Positions 1 through 13,229 of a stretch of DNA of 64,000 nt are shown in pieces. Origin of the DNA: Raillietiella orientalis (taxonomy: Eukaryota). Below the pieces are notes generated by a model. The model saw nothing but the letters and a program-made list of their open reading frames with translations, made no database searches and was not told the DNA's origin. Made by a program: the position numbers and the translations under genes. Positions within the stretch are counted from its first letter, which is position 1, and each line of letters starts with the position of its first letter. Location of the stretch: the NCBI GenBank assembly GCA_036172245.1, contig JAYWIR010000019.1:2480001-2544000 (forward strand), given 5' to 3'.

Positions 1-1489
1 TATCAGCTCCCCATTGTAAACAAATTACTGCTGGAGAGACGGACACCTGGAGGGAAAAATTCCACCTTTCGGGAGGGAGTAACCGGGCAACGAATTCGAA
101 ACCAAGGCGAAAATTGCCAGAAGTCCAATTACGCAGAAATTCCGTGGTCAGATGAACTGCGTGCGCGGTAGGCGATGGTTTTTTCCTCACCTGACGTAAC
201 TTCCCGAATTTCAAACGACGTACGTGGCAGGGTGGTACTATCTCGTCCGCTCTCTGAGATCCCCCCACCTATGGGAATCCCGGATTTCCCGGGGGGAAGG
301 AGAAGACCGCGCAAAGGTTATCTGGAGCTTGCTGGCTTCGGGAGTTGCGAAAATTGTTTCTTCTTCTTCTTCTTCTTTTCCCGGCGCGTTCTGCTCCATT
401 TGATGCAGCCGTTTCGGCGAGCCTTGAAGAATGTCAACCTGCTGCTGCTGCTTGCATGCGAAGACTGCACAAAGGCCGGGGCAGCTCGAAATCAAAAGGT
501 CTGCCATCACTTTTCGGGTTCGGGAATGTGTTTTTGGATAAAGTCCGTTTTTTCCTCTCTCTCTCTCTCTTTTCCTTGAGGGAGAGGAGGAAGAGGGAGA
601 AATTACTCATGCCTACGAGAACACTTCGTATCCTGGCTGGTGCTAAGTGCACTGCTGTTTTCGTGGGGTTGTTAAAATAATAGGAGCGAATCAGATAATC
701 ACGACGTTTAGTGACAGGCTCCTTTGTTTCCGATCTGGACACGGAGGGATGCAGGCTTTCTGGTTTCCCTTACCGAAACATCCCCCCCCCCCCACACTTC
801 TCCGCTCGAATTAATTGACCCATATAATATCCTCTACATAAATGTTTGATTGCTTTTATGACTTTCTGACTTTAATTTCATTCGGATCGACAGACCCTAA
901 CCACCGTCATTTATTCATTATCGGCGTGTTGTTGACTGAGCAGGAACTTCACCCTCCCCCCCATTTCTGATTCCCATCGACGCCGTGGTGATTTTTGTTG
1001 GGATGATGTGATGGACGTTCTTTGAATACTAAGGAAGACGAAAGCGTGCCTGCGCTTTTGTCATCGTTAATTGCAATGATGCTCTCGCTCCGCGGCCTGG
1101 TCCTTCCCAAGTTGTCAGTCGGGATAGAATGAGTAGTTGCACGATTACTTTGCTATCACTGTAATTAGGGGATGCATGGATGCGGCGGTCTCCGGCATAT
1201 CCATGGACCTCGTGCTTAAGAAAGTCTTCATGCGGGAGATTCGTAAGCGACGAGCTGTTTTCCGTGCTGAGAGCACGAATTATCTCATTAAGCGGGAAGA
1301 TGATTACAGGATTCATTAGAACGTAATAGCTTCAAGTATTTGCAATAGTAGTAGCTTTTTCATCTTTTTAGTTGTGGGCCGAAAACATGTCATGGAGCAG
1401 CCATGTTGGTGTTGGTACATGGAGATGGATTTATTTTTGGAAACTGAACCGCTTCTCCCGTCTCCTCGTTTTCCTTTCCCTAAGGGAGG

Positions 1490-2775
1490 ATCACGGAGAT
1501 CCAGGTCGAAATCGTAATGGACCCTGCAGCGCGGCAGGTCTTTCGCGGAGAGGGGAGCGAGTGTCACCGTGCCCCGGAGCTCGGGAGCTCCCTGTGGATT
1601 GTGGACAAGTAGATCGATCGACGGTACTGGCATGCGTCCGGGTTCTGGGGTTGGGCTGTGAGCGGCTGCGGGCAGCCTCGCGTGCCGCTGGGCCGTCCCT
1701 CCTCTTGTCTCGGGGACATGCACCCGTTGCCCGGACAACTCCCAAGTTTCCTATCCCGGAAGCTCTTCGGATCTGGTTCCTGGGAGGGGCCTCGACCCCG
1801 GAAGGAAATGTCCCAGTAGTCCGCTCTTCGATCGCGCGAACAATGCGCTCTTCACCGAATCTCACTCCTTGCAGCAACCCGGAAGCGAGGGATTCCACGG
1901 CAAAAAAATATCCCGGGAACGAAGGGAAGGAAGGGTGCGTCTTCTGTTATCGCTCCTCGCGCTCACCCCACTCCCCCAAGAGAACCTGCAGGCCGGCGCT
2001 TCCCCGGCATCCTGATTCTTTCTTGGTCTTTTTGGGTGCCCGTGTGAATCGCAAGCTGCTGTTTCCGAGAGTCATCCGGGAAAGGGGACACAAGAGCCTC
2101 TGGCATCGGAGGATAGAAGCTGACGACAATGGTTCGCCCTGTGAGGCGGGAGATGAAAGGGGAGAGGGAGAGAGGCTACAGATACTATAGGGCGAGGAAT
2201 ATCCTTCCGGGGCACTATTGGACTCTTCAACCCGCGAGAGAACCCTGCTACTGCGGTCTCCGGTGGGCGTTGTCAACTGTCCTCCGCTCTGGACCGCTCT
2301 CTCTAAGAGACCGGCAGTAGTCCCCATCTCCTCCCCCATCCCTCTTTTCGGAGCAACCGGACACCGCCTCCCCGAGGGAACCCTCTAGGGAAGAAGCTGC
2401 CAAGGGGGAAGCAGAAGTCGCCTCCCTTATCTGAGCTGACAGGTGCCCTTTGGATTCCCAATCCATTCGGTTCCGGAGAAGGCGCGAGGAGCGACTTCTG
2501 GAAGGACTGGGCAGGAAGCAGAACTTTGGGAGGGGCGAGGAAAGTCGGGATCGGCTTCTGAGAGGGGGGAGGAGGAGAAGGGCGCATGAAAGAACTGGAT
2601 TTCTAGGTGAACGGGTAAAGTCATCATCTCCTGCCTTCACCTCCCCTTCTGACCTTTTAGAGATCCCGGCCTGCGTGTTGGCGGACCCTTCTCCCCAACT
2701 TCTTTTGTCTTCTGTTGGGGAACCAGCGGGTTCCCAGCGGGTTCCAACCTCTCCGACGTGACCGGGTAAAAAAAA
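1490..2775 (+). mobile_element. Degenerate 5'-truncated L1/Tx1-like LINE (post-RT region to 3' end)
   Basis: ctgtggattgtggac (LWIVD, ~1592-1606) matches ttatggaaaattgtggac (LWKIVD) in the 19.1-20.9 kb copy. Ends in ccgacgtgaccgggt + A8 (2753-2775), the family terminal motif. Confidence 0.6.
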
Positions 2776-2779
2776 CCTC

Positions 2780-4450
2780 CTGCTCGTGTGACTGCCGCCA
2801 CTTCCCTTCCCTCCATGCGCTGCTCTCTCGTCTGCCGCTAGGAGGGGCACCGGGAGAGAAGTCGACCCGCTGGTCTGTCCGTCCGAAGCGCGGATCCAAC
2901 GGGAGACCCCAGGAAGGCACGGCACTCCTGCCTTCTCCGGGACCGCTCGTGGGTCCGGGACACACGCACGTCCAGAGAACTGCTCCTCCCACCTCCGGCG
3001 GAGCACGACCCTTGCTTGTCGCCGCCGGCACGGCTGCCGCCTCTGCGCAACCTGGACTTGAGCGGGGTCAGAGTTAAAAACGCCTAGCGACCGTAGTGCG
3101 CGCCGCGCTTTCTGCAAGATCGTGCTCTCAGGTCCCCCATCAGCCTTTCTCGAGCCTTCTGGGCATGCATTCGGAGCCGGCACGCCGCTCGGGGCCAACG
3201 GACATGCAGGAGAGAGAGAGCAGATGGGCTGGAATGGCCCGCCAGCATCCTTCCCTGTGGACTTCTGAGGGCGTCTGCCTCCTAAAGCTTCATAGTGGCC
3301 CAGGAGCGCTCAGCACTGGGACGGCTCAGGACTGGGACGTCAGACGTGGTCTTGGCGACTCGAAGAAAGATTTCCCGGAAGTCACTCTGGACGGTCGTCT
3401 GGAAGCGCCTCGGTCTTTCTCATGAGCATTCTCGTGGCCTCGGGCCTTTCTCGGCAGGTCGGCTTTCGGAAGAAGGTCACCACGATGTCTTCCTTGCCAT
3501 TGGCGTTTCTGGAGTGAGGTGCGTTGCTTGCGGCGGCCGCATAGAGAGCCGCTATGACTCCGATACCTTTGGTAGTAGGGACGGCCGAGCGAACGCCGGA
3601 CATGGTGCGAATCAGGAACGGTCGGGAACCGTCTCCCGGAGTCGTTTAAACCGAACAGGAAAGAGATTCTCGCAGCATCACAGCCACCAGGCGATGACCT
3701 GTTGCCTCCGGTGGGCGTGTTGCACGATCGCGGAATGGCGCTCGTTTGCGCCTTCCGGTTCTCAAGGAGTCATCTGAAATGCTCGATCGAGTCGAGTTCG
3801 GACGATAATTTCGGAAAAAGACCCTCAGGGACCCCCCTTGGTTCCTCTCTCGTCCCTCCGAATCCCTTCGCGAGCCACCGCCTCTCCTGGAGCAGAGAGG
3901 CCCCTTTACGCGCCTTCCCTCCCGTTCCCGCCCTCCCGATTGGACTCGGCTCATCCTTTCGTCACGCGTCGATGCCACCTGGGAGTTGTCTCCGCGCGAG
4001 CGCCCGCAGGGACCACGAAGGGAAGAAGAGAAGGGGGGGATGAGGGGGAAGTGACTCGATCGAATTTTCCCGCCGCCACCTCTGCGACCTGCGGTCTTTG
4101 TCCCGGACGGATGGGGGATGCCGTCAAACCCTCGCCATGGTCGGCCGCACGGAACACAGCAAGTGCTCCGCCGAATGCCAACGAAAGAGACGGATGCTGC
4201 GGGAGGCAGCAGCCCAGCTCGGAGTACGACGTCTTATCGATTCCCCATCTTCCGTCGGCAGCGGTGCTGCTCCTCCTCCCCGGAACGGCGCTTCTCCCGC
4301 TCACCTCACCCCTTCCCGCCTACCTGCTGCTGCACGGATGACTCGCCCGGATCGCGCGTCCCGGGAAAGGCGCTCGCTGTCCTTGCAAGTCCTTTGGCGG
4401 TGGCAGTCCTTCCCGATCGCCTGTGAGCGTGCGGCGGCCCCGGAGAAGGG
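2780..4450 (+). mobile_element. Degenerate LINE reverse-transcriptase region
   Basis: RT-like motifs in the correct order: KTPSDRSARRAFCK (3077-3118, ~KTPGPDGxxxEFYK), NGPPASFPVDF (3233-3265, ~NWRPISLLNVDY), DSKKDFPEV (3357-3383, ~DxEKAFDxV), ILVASGLSR, SRLNRTGK (~3640). The 3' limit is uncertain. Confidence 0.55.
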
Positions 4451-6179
4451 GGTGTGGTGAACCGGACCTTGGAAGACACCCCCAGCCTACACCTTCCTTT
4501 TGATCCGCCCTCTGGCGCTGCCGACGCGGTTCCTGGGAGCTTCTTTAGGTGTGCTTAGGGAATTCACGGTCCCATGCACCGGGACAGCGCATTTGTCGGA
4601 TCCTCCTAACGTCCTCTTCCCTCGAGGACTCTTCCTTTCACTTCTTTCACCTTTCCCGTCAGGCCCAGGGAAGAAGCCCGGGAATGACAAGGGGGTTCTC
4701 CTCCCCTCTCCACGAGCCTCTTTCCCTCGGGGCATTGGGAAAGCCTCCCCGGGAAATTAGAAGTTCGTCTTCCGGGATCATCTCCTGCCGGTTCCTCTCG
4801 GCAGTGCGTTCAAGGATGAGTGGAAAAAAGAGTGAGGTGGAGTAGGAGACGTTCTATTGTTCGGGGGTCTTTAGGGGATGATGAAGGGGGAAGCTGAGTT
4901 TCCTCTCCCGTGGTTCTCTCTCCCCCTCCTCCTGTGGATCGGGAGCTCGCCGGGGATTCTCTCAGCCTTGCAAGACCCGGTCTTTCGGCCGAGATCGGGG
5001 TGGAAAGTCCTCCTGGAAAGAGGGAGGGGGCCCACTGCCTCCCGGTTGGTCGTGGAGGTGCGCTTAGCGCCGGCGACCCGTGCTTCTCGCCGCGCGTCAC
5101 CACAGCGAGTCCTCCTCGCGTGGAGGAAACACGAAAAGGGAGAAAGGGACGGGAGGGCCAAGTCCCCTTTTCCTCCTCCTCGCATGCGAACGGCGCACCT
5201 CCTCCCTCGGCGGACTTCCTCCTCCGGGATGACGTCCCACACGCGTTCCGACGCCTCACCCCCGCCCCGCCTTAGCTGCGGAATCCCAGAGGGAAAGTCG
5301 GTCTTTTTCTCCCAGTCCCGGCCTTTCCTCTGCCTTTTCCCGGGTGTCCCGACTATCCGACCTCGAAGGAGAGGGGGCGAGAAGGAGCAGGAAGAGGATA
5401 CCGAGGTTCCGGGGCACTGGCAGGAAGCGTCTGGGACCTTGCAGCTCGATCCCTCCCGGGCAGAACGCCTCCTCAGCGGAGTCCCGGACCGTCGAGAGAG
5501 CGCATCCGAGGGTTGGTTTGTCTTCCGGCGGTGGCAAACCTCTCGGCGCTGGCTGCAGCGTCTTCGCCTCTACATCCGTCAGGTAGCGCTCCCGGGAAGG
5601 TCCAGGACAGTGTCCGGTCGTTTCTCATAAATACACAACGAGGAGATCCCTCCGCGAGAGGTTCTGAGCCGTGGATGGCCTCCTCGCCTCATCCCCCACC
5701 TTGAGGGCCGCGCTCGGAGATGACGGGTCGGAGAGGAAATGCCTTCTGACGTTCGGAGCGGAGGCGCCTGGCTCAAGCGCGCAGGGAGTGATGGGACAGA
5801 TGGCTGGCACGCTCTTGTGCTAAGTCGTAGGTGGACTGGGGGTGTGAGAGAGCGGAAGTGGTCTCGGTGAGCTGGAGCCCGGTTTTGATCGGGGATGAGG
5901 GCAGAGGGAGTGGGGAGAGAATGCGAGTGCACCCACGCAGCTACCTCAGTAGAAGGTGCTGCTGATACGAGCACCTCCCAACGAGGAGGTATTCGCAGCA
6001 GGAGGAGGACCAGCATTCCAGAGAGTGTCGCAGGGGATGAATTCTCAAGCACAGATGCGCCTATCCTGCCGCTTACGGCAAAGTCCTCCCAGAAGTTTAC
6101 ATAAAATAAATAAACGCTGACGATAACCCGATCCTTCTTAGTGTACTAAGAAAGGGGGCCGACACGCGCTGGTCCGGTG

Positions 6180-8000
6180 GGAAGAGGGACCCTTCGGCTT
6201 CTTCACTGTCCCTCTCCTCCTGGTTTTACCCGTCCGTCTGAGACCAGCGGCGCGTCCCGGCAGCACCGCTTCCAGTGGGACTCTCCTGTTCGCCCTCCTC
6301 CTTCTGCGCTTCCTCTTGAGGATGCTGCGAAATTCTCATCCCCGACCGCCGAGCCTACCGGTGGGAAGAGGAGCCCTTCGGCAGAAGAGGAAAGGCGGCA
6401 GGGACGGGCCGGCCTCACGGTGGCGATCCCACGAGTCTCCTTCTCCCCAGAGGTTCGGAAGGAGGAAGGATGCGGTGCTGTTGCCGCTGCTGCGGTCAGG
6501 GGGATCCGACCCGGCCCGACCGAGGGCGGTGTCCCGACGCTGTTTTGCCCTTCGACCCCCCAGTTCTGGTCGCAGCCGTCCGGGGCTGTCTGCGGCGCTA
6601 ACCACGACGTCCTTCCTCGGCTGCAGGAGGCCAGTCCGGAGGCGGCCAGAGAGCCCGGAGAGGTGGACGTCCTTCGGACCGAAAGGCAGCGAAAGCTGTC
6701 CCTTGGAGCACACCCCCCCCTGCCACGCCCTCCCTGCCCCCTGCTGTTGCAGTCCGGAGCAACACCTGCAAGATGGAGGGGCGCCAGTGGCGAGCAAGCG
6801 AGGGGGCGCGAGTAGGGAGTGGGGGGGGAAGAGGCGAACGGGGACGCAGAGGCGCGCGTCATGCAGCCCGCGATCCCGAAGTGGCCTCAGGGAATGCAAA
6901 GTCGCTCTCCCCGCCCCGCGGGCCAGGAGAGAGGGTGTTTGTTCGGGAGCTGCTCCGTGAGTCGGCCGAGACGCGCTTCCCCTCGGGCAGCGGGTTTGGT
7001 CACCCCTGTGACCCGACGAGTCGCCTCCACCTCCCTCTCTTCAGGAGAACTCACTTCTCCGTCGTCCCGCCGAGGTGAAGGGAAAGGTCGCGCGGCGACC
7101 TGGATGGCCTCGATTTGGGCCCCGGAGAGCGGGTCGGCGTCGCCCAGGGGTGTCTACCCGAGGGGGAGTTTCCCCTCGGGCGGGGCTGCTGGAGGGGCCC
7201 CTCCTTACGGCTACACGGAGGACGCAGGCAGGCGCCACCCGGAGGATCGAGACTTTGCTCCGGAGATTCCGATGCTGCGCCGAGGACTCGGGCGCCATAT
7301 TGGAAACTGAGGCACTACTCCGGGGGCGAGGACGTCAGGAAGAGAGCACTGTCGCGTGTGCCATGGTACGTGCATCGAGGAACCTCTTTGTGCCTTCGTG
7401 CCTTCCCTCCATCTTTCCCTCTCGCGCCAGCAGCAGTGGTGGCGCAGGACTCTGGCGTCACTCCGAGGACTAAAGAGTCATCTCAAAATGGGATGGGGCG
7501 GGACACTTCTTACCCCGCACCGCCTCCACAGAGTGTCGGTCCGGAGGCGGCCGGCGAGTCCAAAGGAGTGGACGTCCTTCCGAGCGGCTGCCGAGGGGCA
7601 GCGTTCGGCCCTTGGAGTGCCACCGCTGCGACCTTCCACCCTCTGCTGCAGCTCGTCGCATTCTATCGTCGGCGGGCCGGACGGCGCCTCGGAGGGGATA
7701 GACGCTCCTCGCTGGGGAGTGGTCACGCCCCTCTTGCCGCGGCTCTCCACCATCTCGCGGTGACGAGAAGGCGGAGCGACGGCAGCGTGAGGAGGAAGGA
7801 CACGAAGTGCCTCCATGACCCCCGGAAAGTCGAACCACCTCTATGGGGCGACTCGGGAGGTCCTCCTTGTGACAGCCGCACTGTTCCGCGCCTCTCCCTC
7901 ATCCCTTCGCGTGGGAGCGGTCGCGCAGATTTCGAGAGGTCGCGCGGGTGCTCCCTGGGGAGCGCAGGTTCCAAAGAACATCCGAGGTAGCCGTGGTTCC
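6180..8000 (+). mobile_element. Two tandem short LINE 3'-region fragments (~6180-7080 and ~7085-8000)
   Basis: WKLRHYSGGEDVRKRALSRVPWYV (7301-7372) resembles L1/Tx1 WxxRxLSxxGxxxVxKxLxxSxxWYV. A diverged direct repeat (gtccggaggcggcc...gtggacgtccttc...cccttggag) occurs at ~6634-6750 and ~7539-7650. Confidence 0.5.
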
Positions 8001-8049
8001 CCATTAAAAGGGAGGGATCGGGGGAAAGGGGGGGAAAGTTTCCTGCCGA

Positions 8050-10167
8050 TTCGCCAAGTCAATCCGAGAGGTGGAGGATCGACTACGAACACGGCAACCC
8101 AGGAGGTTTATATGCAGGCGACCGAGGTGGAGCAGCTGCACGGAGGCGGTAGAAGAGCGGATCCCACGCGGGAAACCAGACGAACCTGCCGCTCCGGAAA
8201 AGGAGCTTCCCCGAGGAGAGAGCGGTCACCTCCTCCCCATCCGCAAGTTTTCGCTGCTCCTTCGGGATCGACCGATCGAAAGTGCCGCTCGTCCGCGTTC
8301 TTAGCCGGGCCCACGCTCTTCACGCTCCTCCCGTTCCCCCTTCTCCTCCTCTTCCTCCCTTTTTCCTGCATGTCCCAGTGCCAGAGATCCAGTGAAACGG
8401 TGGGATCGTTCTCCAGGGATTGGACTGCGGCTTTCGACTCCGTAACCCAGTCCTGGGTCACAGCACGCACGGGCAAGGCCTCCGGCGATGCGCGCATGAC
8501 CCTGTTGATGAGCATCTAGGACGCAAGCGAGTTTCGGAGGGCTGCCTTGCCCTCGCGTACCTCGCGTGGAACTCATCATTTGAAGGCGGAAGGAGAGTGC
8601 AGCGTTTTCGTTTCTGCGACGCCCTTGCCAGCCTCCCCTCCCCTCCCCTTCTCCTTCCCTTCTTTCCTCCAGCAAAATGGCACGCTGGGAGGTCCCCTCG
8701 GGGGTCGAGCCGGGCCATTCTCGATGCGAGCGGCGCCGTCTGCCAGCGTAAGGGAATAGGACGAAAAGACCGTCTGAAGACGCGCGCGTGCTCTGCGTGT
8801 GTGGGGGGGAAGTCGGTAAGACGGCTGCCGCGGGTGCAGTCCGGACGTTTCCTCCTTCGTGAGGGCGGAAAGAGTCCTGGGAATGCACGCGCGGCAGCTC
8901 AAGGCATCTCCCAGATCGCGCGGCAGGCTGGAGGAATGCGATAGCTGCTGAGGACCAACGCCATGAGTCGGGGTTTCCCGGTGTGGGAGAAACCGGGGAA
9001 GCCTCAAGGCCCCATCCCCCATGATCCCCTCGTGCTCCGGAGGCGCATGGAGACTTCTGGGAAATGGGTCCACCTCTTGGGGCTCTTCCCCGGCGGGTTC
9101 TTTCTCGGTGACCGACCGCAAAACCCGCTCTGCTGGTAGACCAGTCCAGAAGGAAATGCTTCACCCGTGAGAGCAAGGAAACATGAGCGCCGCTCCCTCG
9201 CTTGGCTGCTGACAGTCCCGTGGAGGAATCCCCTCTTCAAGATGCTGCCAGGTATCCTGTATCGTCCAGCGAACGGGAAGTCCCACCAGCGACGTCGGCA
9301 GTAGGGGCTCAGAGCTCTCGGCTGGTAGCCTCCGTCCCTTTCGCTTCTAACGTGGCGGTGACTCCCTTTCTTCTTTCCCTTGAGGCACGGCGCGGTGGAA
9401 ACGGAGGCTTCCTGCCTCCCAGGACTCCGAATCTCCTCCAAGATTTGGCGGCACCCGTGGGAGAGGAGAGGAAAGGGGAGAACTCCCGTCGTAGGGACCT
9501 GACGAGCACCCATCAAGTGGAAAGCACCTCCCTGGAGGGTCCGGGAAGTGCTCAGTCTTCCTCCGCCCCTTGCAGAACGCACGATCGGCTGGAGGTACGT
9601 TCGGGACCCGCCCCCGCTCTTCTTTCCTCAGGGAGGAGGAGAGGAGAGGGGAAGGAGGAATGGTGAGAGAGGGACGGATGAGAGGAGAGCAGTCCACCAC
9701 GCAGCTCCCTCGGAGACGCTCTGCAGGAGGCGGTCGAGTGGCGTGTCGGCGGAGGCGCCTCGGGGCGAGACTTGCTCCGCCTTCGGGATCCTATGCGGAG
9801 CGGAAATCGAAGCACTCCTCCTCCCTCTTCCATCAGAAGGTGGCGGAGAGAGGGAGAGACAGGCGCGCGAGCATCGGGCCACACCCAGGCAATGCGGGTT
9901 CGAGCAGGAGGGGTCGTAGCATTCAATGGCTGGAGCTCCCCCAGGCAGAGCCTTTTGCGTGGCAGAGAGCGTGAAGTGGCGGCGGAGGAAAAAGGTGGAG
10001 CTACGCGAAGAGAGGAGGGAGATGGTGCCTCCCACAGGAGCAGAAGAAACGGTACCGGGAGCAGCCGCATCGCCTCAATCGCCCGAGAAAAATGGGACCA
10101 GGAGAAAAGAGTAGCCTCTTTGTTTCATGGAACTCGAGGGAAATACGTCGGCCGTGACCTTGGAAAA
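8050..10167 (+). mobile_element. Degenerate L1/Tx1-like LINE, RT domain to 3' end
   Basis: SRDWTAAFDSVTQSW (8412-8456, RT DxxKAFDSV), VSEGCLALAY (8531-8560), RFCDAL (~FADD), DASGAVCQRK (8723-8752). Terminal-motif variant aaatacgtcggccgtgaccttggaaaa at 10141-10167. Confidence 0.7.
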
Positions 10168-11040
10168 TGCCTCAGCTGCGATGCGGAGGTCACTACTCGT
10201 CCAGAGAGACCCCATCGAGATCGCCCAACGAGGTCCCCCGTTCTTCTGAGGAGCAGGCGAATCCCTTCAATCTGAGGAGTCACGCACCGCTCGGGGCCAA
10301 ATCCCGTCGGCCCGAGACCAGCAGCTCATCCCAACCGCTTCCCGCTTCCCCAAGTCATGCATTTCCCCCCCCCTCTCTCCCTTAACTCCTTTTTAATTTC
10401 GTGCGCCGTCACAAAAGAGGGGGACCTGAAACTCAATTTTCCCAGGATTTTCGGATCGGAACGGGCGACTGTACTTCTGTGGATCTCCGGACATCTTCCA
10501 ATACTTAAGTTTTAACGAACACTATCCCTCATCAGCTTTAAGAAAGCTGTGATAAAAGAAACTGCTCGGGCTTAGCATTTTCGAACGAATGAGTTAATGA
10601 TGGGATCGCATTTTAATTGGAAGCGAGGGCAGCTTTATCTTCGTTGTCAAGGAAGGGAAGAAAAAAAACCAGCACATAAAAAAGAAGCAGGAAACAGCAC
10701 GAGAAGCCCCAGCCGGTGCAAGGAGGCCACAATATCCTCACTGGTATCCCAGATGTCGGAGAGGTCCAACAGCGCCCGTTTATTTTCGTTAGCGTTCCAG
10801 TGAAATGATCCTCGGTGTATTTCATTTCAGACAAGAAGCATGCCGGGCCTAGGGAACAGCATGTGCCGGAAGATACCGTGAGCCGAAGCAGGGGTTTCTC
10901 GAAAACAAAAAACAGCAGTCCGGCTGGGCGAAGACTTTCTCTTAGGAGAGCGCCAACGCGTATACCCTCCTCGCACACGGAGAGCCTCTTTCATACGTCC
11001 TCATGATTTCGAAAGAAAAAGCCCAATAATAAATGCTGCA

Positions 11041-11198
11041 TTCTTCCACGATGCTTGCGGAATTCTTCAACAATGAACGAGGATTCGCTCAACAATGCAC
11101 GCCGGGATCCTCAACAATGCACGCGGGGATCCTCAACAATGCATGCGGGGATGGCCGACAATGCAAGCGGAAATCGCCAACAATGCAAGCGGAAATCC
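11041..11198. repeat. 22-bp minisatellite, ~7 diverged copies (consensus ~ tcctcaacaatgcacgcgggga)
   Basis: A c(a/c/g)ac(a/g)atg core recurs at 11046, 11068, 11090, 11112, 11134, 11156 and 11178, an exact 22-nt period. Confidence 0.95.
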
Positions 11199-11289
11199 TT
11201 AGTCTCTCAAAAGAAACAAAAGGGCTCGTCTCCCTGACGCAACAGAAAACAGGCATGAAGCCACGTCTAATTAATTGAGAGGTCCATCA

Positions 11290-13228
11290 CGCAACCACTA
11301 GTGCGCCCAGCATGTGACACTTCAACCAGCACATGGCGTGTCTGTCTGTCATTTTTTTCCACAGGAACACTGCAGGTTTATGACTTTTCCGTGGGCCACG
11401 AGACAGAATGCTGCCTTCGTCCGCCATCCACCCGCTCATACCTAGTCGCCGAGCTCGCGCTCTCGGAACTTTTCTGCCAAGAGAGCAGAGATCCTTCCCA
11501 AAGGCCAAATTCCCTCGACTCCCGCTTTCTCTTCACGACGCGAAGATCCTTCGTTTCCAGAACATCCGTCCCCGTCGCGATTCCTCTCGTCCGCCGATTC
11601 CCAGCAACCATTTCTCTTCCTGCTGGGAAAGAAGTGACGCGATTTCCACAGAGCATACTCTCGGTCCCCTCGGTTCCCTCTTAGCCCGTTCCAGACGGTC
11701 GAGACTCGCCGTCCTGCCGCGCTCCCATCTGTGGCACCGCGGGAGTTCCGCCCCTTCTCTCACCAGACTCGGACAAGTTTCTCGGAGTCGTTTCTTCACT
11801 CCTGCCGGAGGGCCTTCTCAGCCGTCGCCGATCACCTCCCTCCTCCGGCGCGAGGCTCTCGTTTCCGTGGCTCCCGAGCTTCCGGTTGCTGGTGCTCAAC
11901 GCGACCCAGGACCCGGAGAATAGCAGGGTCGGGCCACGAGAGGGCGAAGTCACCAGGACAGGATCGACAAATCGGAATAGCGCACTCCCGCCCTAGGGGA
12001 CGAGCGTCCTGAAGGTTTCTAGGTGTTCTCTGTTTCTTGTCGGGATTTCATCCCTTCCTTCCCTGTCCCGCATGATCTCTCCAAGAGGGAAGGTGATGGA
12101 AGGCCGACCTCGGTCTCCGGAAGCTTCTAAACGCATTTGAATTACTCCCTCCCTTCCCTTCATCTCCACCTCTCCCCAATGGGATCTTCCTCCCAGAACG
12201 GGCGCCCTACCAGCATTCCACGCACCCAGTCCCGCGTGTAAATGGCGGGAAACGAAATGGGAGCATGGAAGGCGAAGGGTGGCTGCAAAGGCCGACCGTC
12301 ACGCAGCCCTAAAGAGATTCCAAGGGAAGAAGCGTGAGCTATGGGACGAGGACAAGTTCATCCGGAGGCTCCCGAGGACCCTAGGGAGGACCCCACCTCT
12401 TCCTTCGCTCTTTTAGCGGAGGGCCTTTCGGTCCCTGCGCTCGGGAAAACGACGACGGGAGCGCGGACGGGTCTCGGAAAGCACATCTCAAGGGACGGAG
12501 CCCTCTCGGGGGCCACAGGAGACCCGCCGGTATGGAGCCACCCTCCACCTCCCCTCAGGGTGGCTTCCCATCGCCATGGAGACGGGGTCCGCTCTCTTTC
12601 CGGGAGCTCTCTGGAAGCCTTCTGACCTTGCTGGGGTGGTGGACGCCATGGGGGCTTGGCATCAGTTCGGCAACGCGACCCCTAGCGCCCCGGGCTGGTC
12701 CTCTCACCCTTCCCTCTCCTCGGGCGCCCTTGAGCGCCCCCCAGCGGCGCGTAGGTAAAGACCTCGAAGAGGTGCATGCCCTCTGCGTCGAGGTGCAACA
12801 GCCAAGCTTCTTCCCCACCTCTTGATCCACAACCGAGAATTCCTGGGGACCGCTTCCTGGAATCAACGAGTCGCTTCTCTCTCCCTTCTTTCCGCTTCCG
12901 GGAGCTTGGAGTCTGGAGCAGAAGTCGTCTTTCCCGGCGTACCCGGACTCTTCCCTCCGTATGGTCACGAAGGGAGGTCTCTGGTTCTCCGGAATGTCGA
13001 GCAGCGAGACGTCCGGGATTCTCCGCGGAGGGCTCCGGAGTCTGGAGCTCTCGGGCAGCTGCCACAGTGCTTCGGTACTACCGCAGCCGAGAGGTCATCA
13101 TATCTCCCTCCTCCCTTCTTCCTATTCCTTTTTCTTTCTCCCTCTTCCTTTCTGCTTCCTCCTCCTTTGCTTCCCCTTTTTTCTTTCCTCCTCCACCGCA
13201 TCTGGTAGACCGCGACGCACTTGAGAAA
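11290..13228 (+). mobile_element. Degenerate L1/Tx1-like LINE (end of RT to 3' UTR)
   Basis: In ORF 11408-11923: ARALGTFLPREQRS (~ASGxxLNxEKS), AKILRF and SLLARS...SHLWHRGSSAP...LGQVSRSRFF (~SLxGR..SKLWH....IQRxxF). Followed by a pyrimidine-rich tail at 13100-13195. Confidence 0.55.
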
Positions 13229-13229
13229 T

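Noticed and set aside
11041..11198. CRISPR-like array
   Set aside because: Contiguous 22-bp units with no unique spacers, a eukaryotic context and no cas genes.
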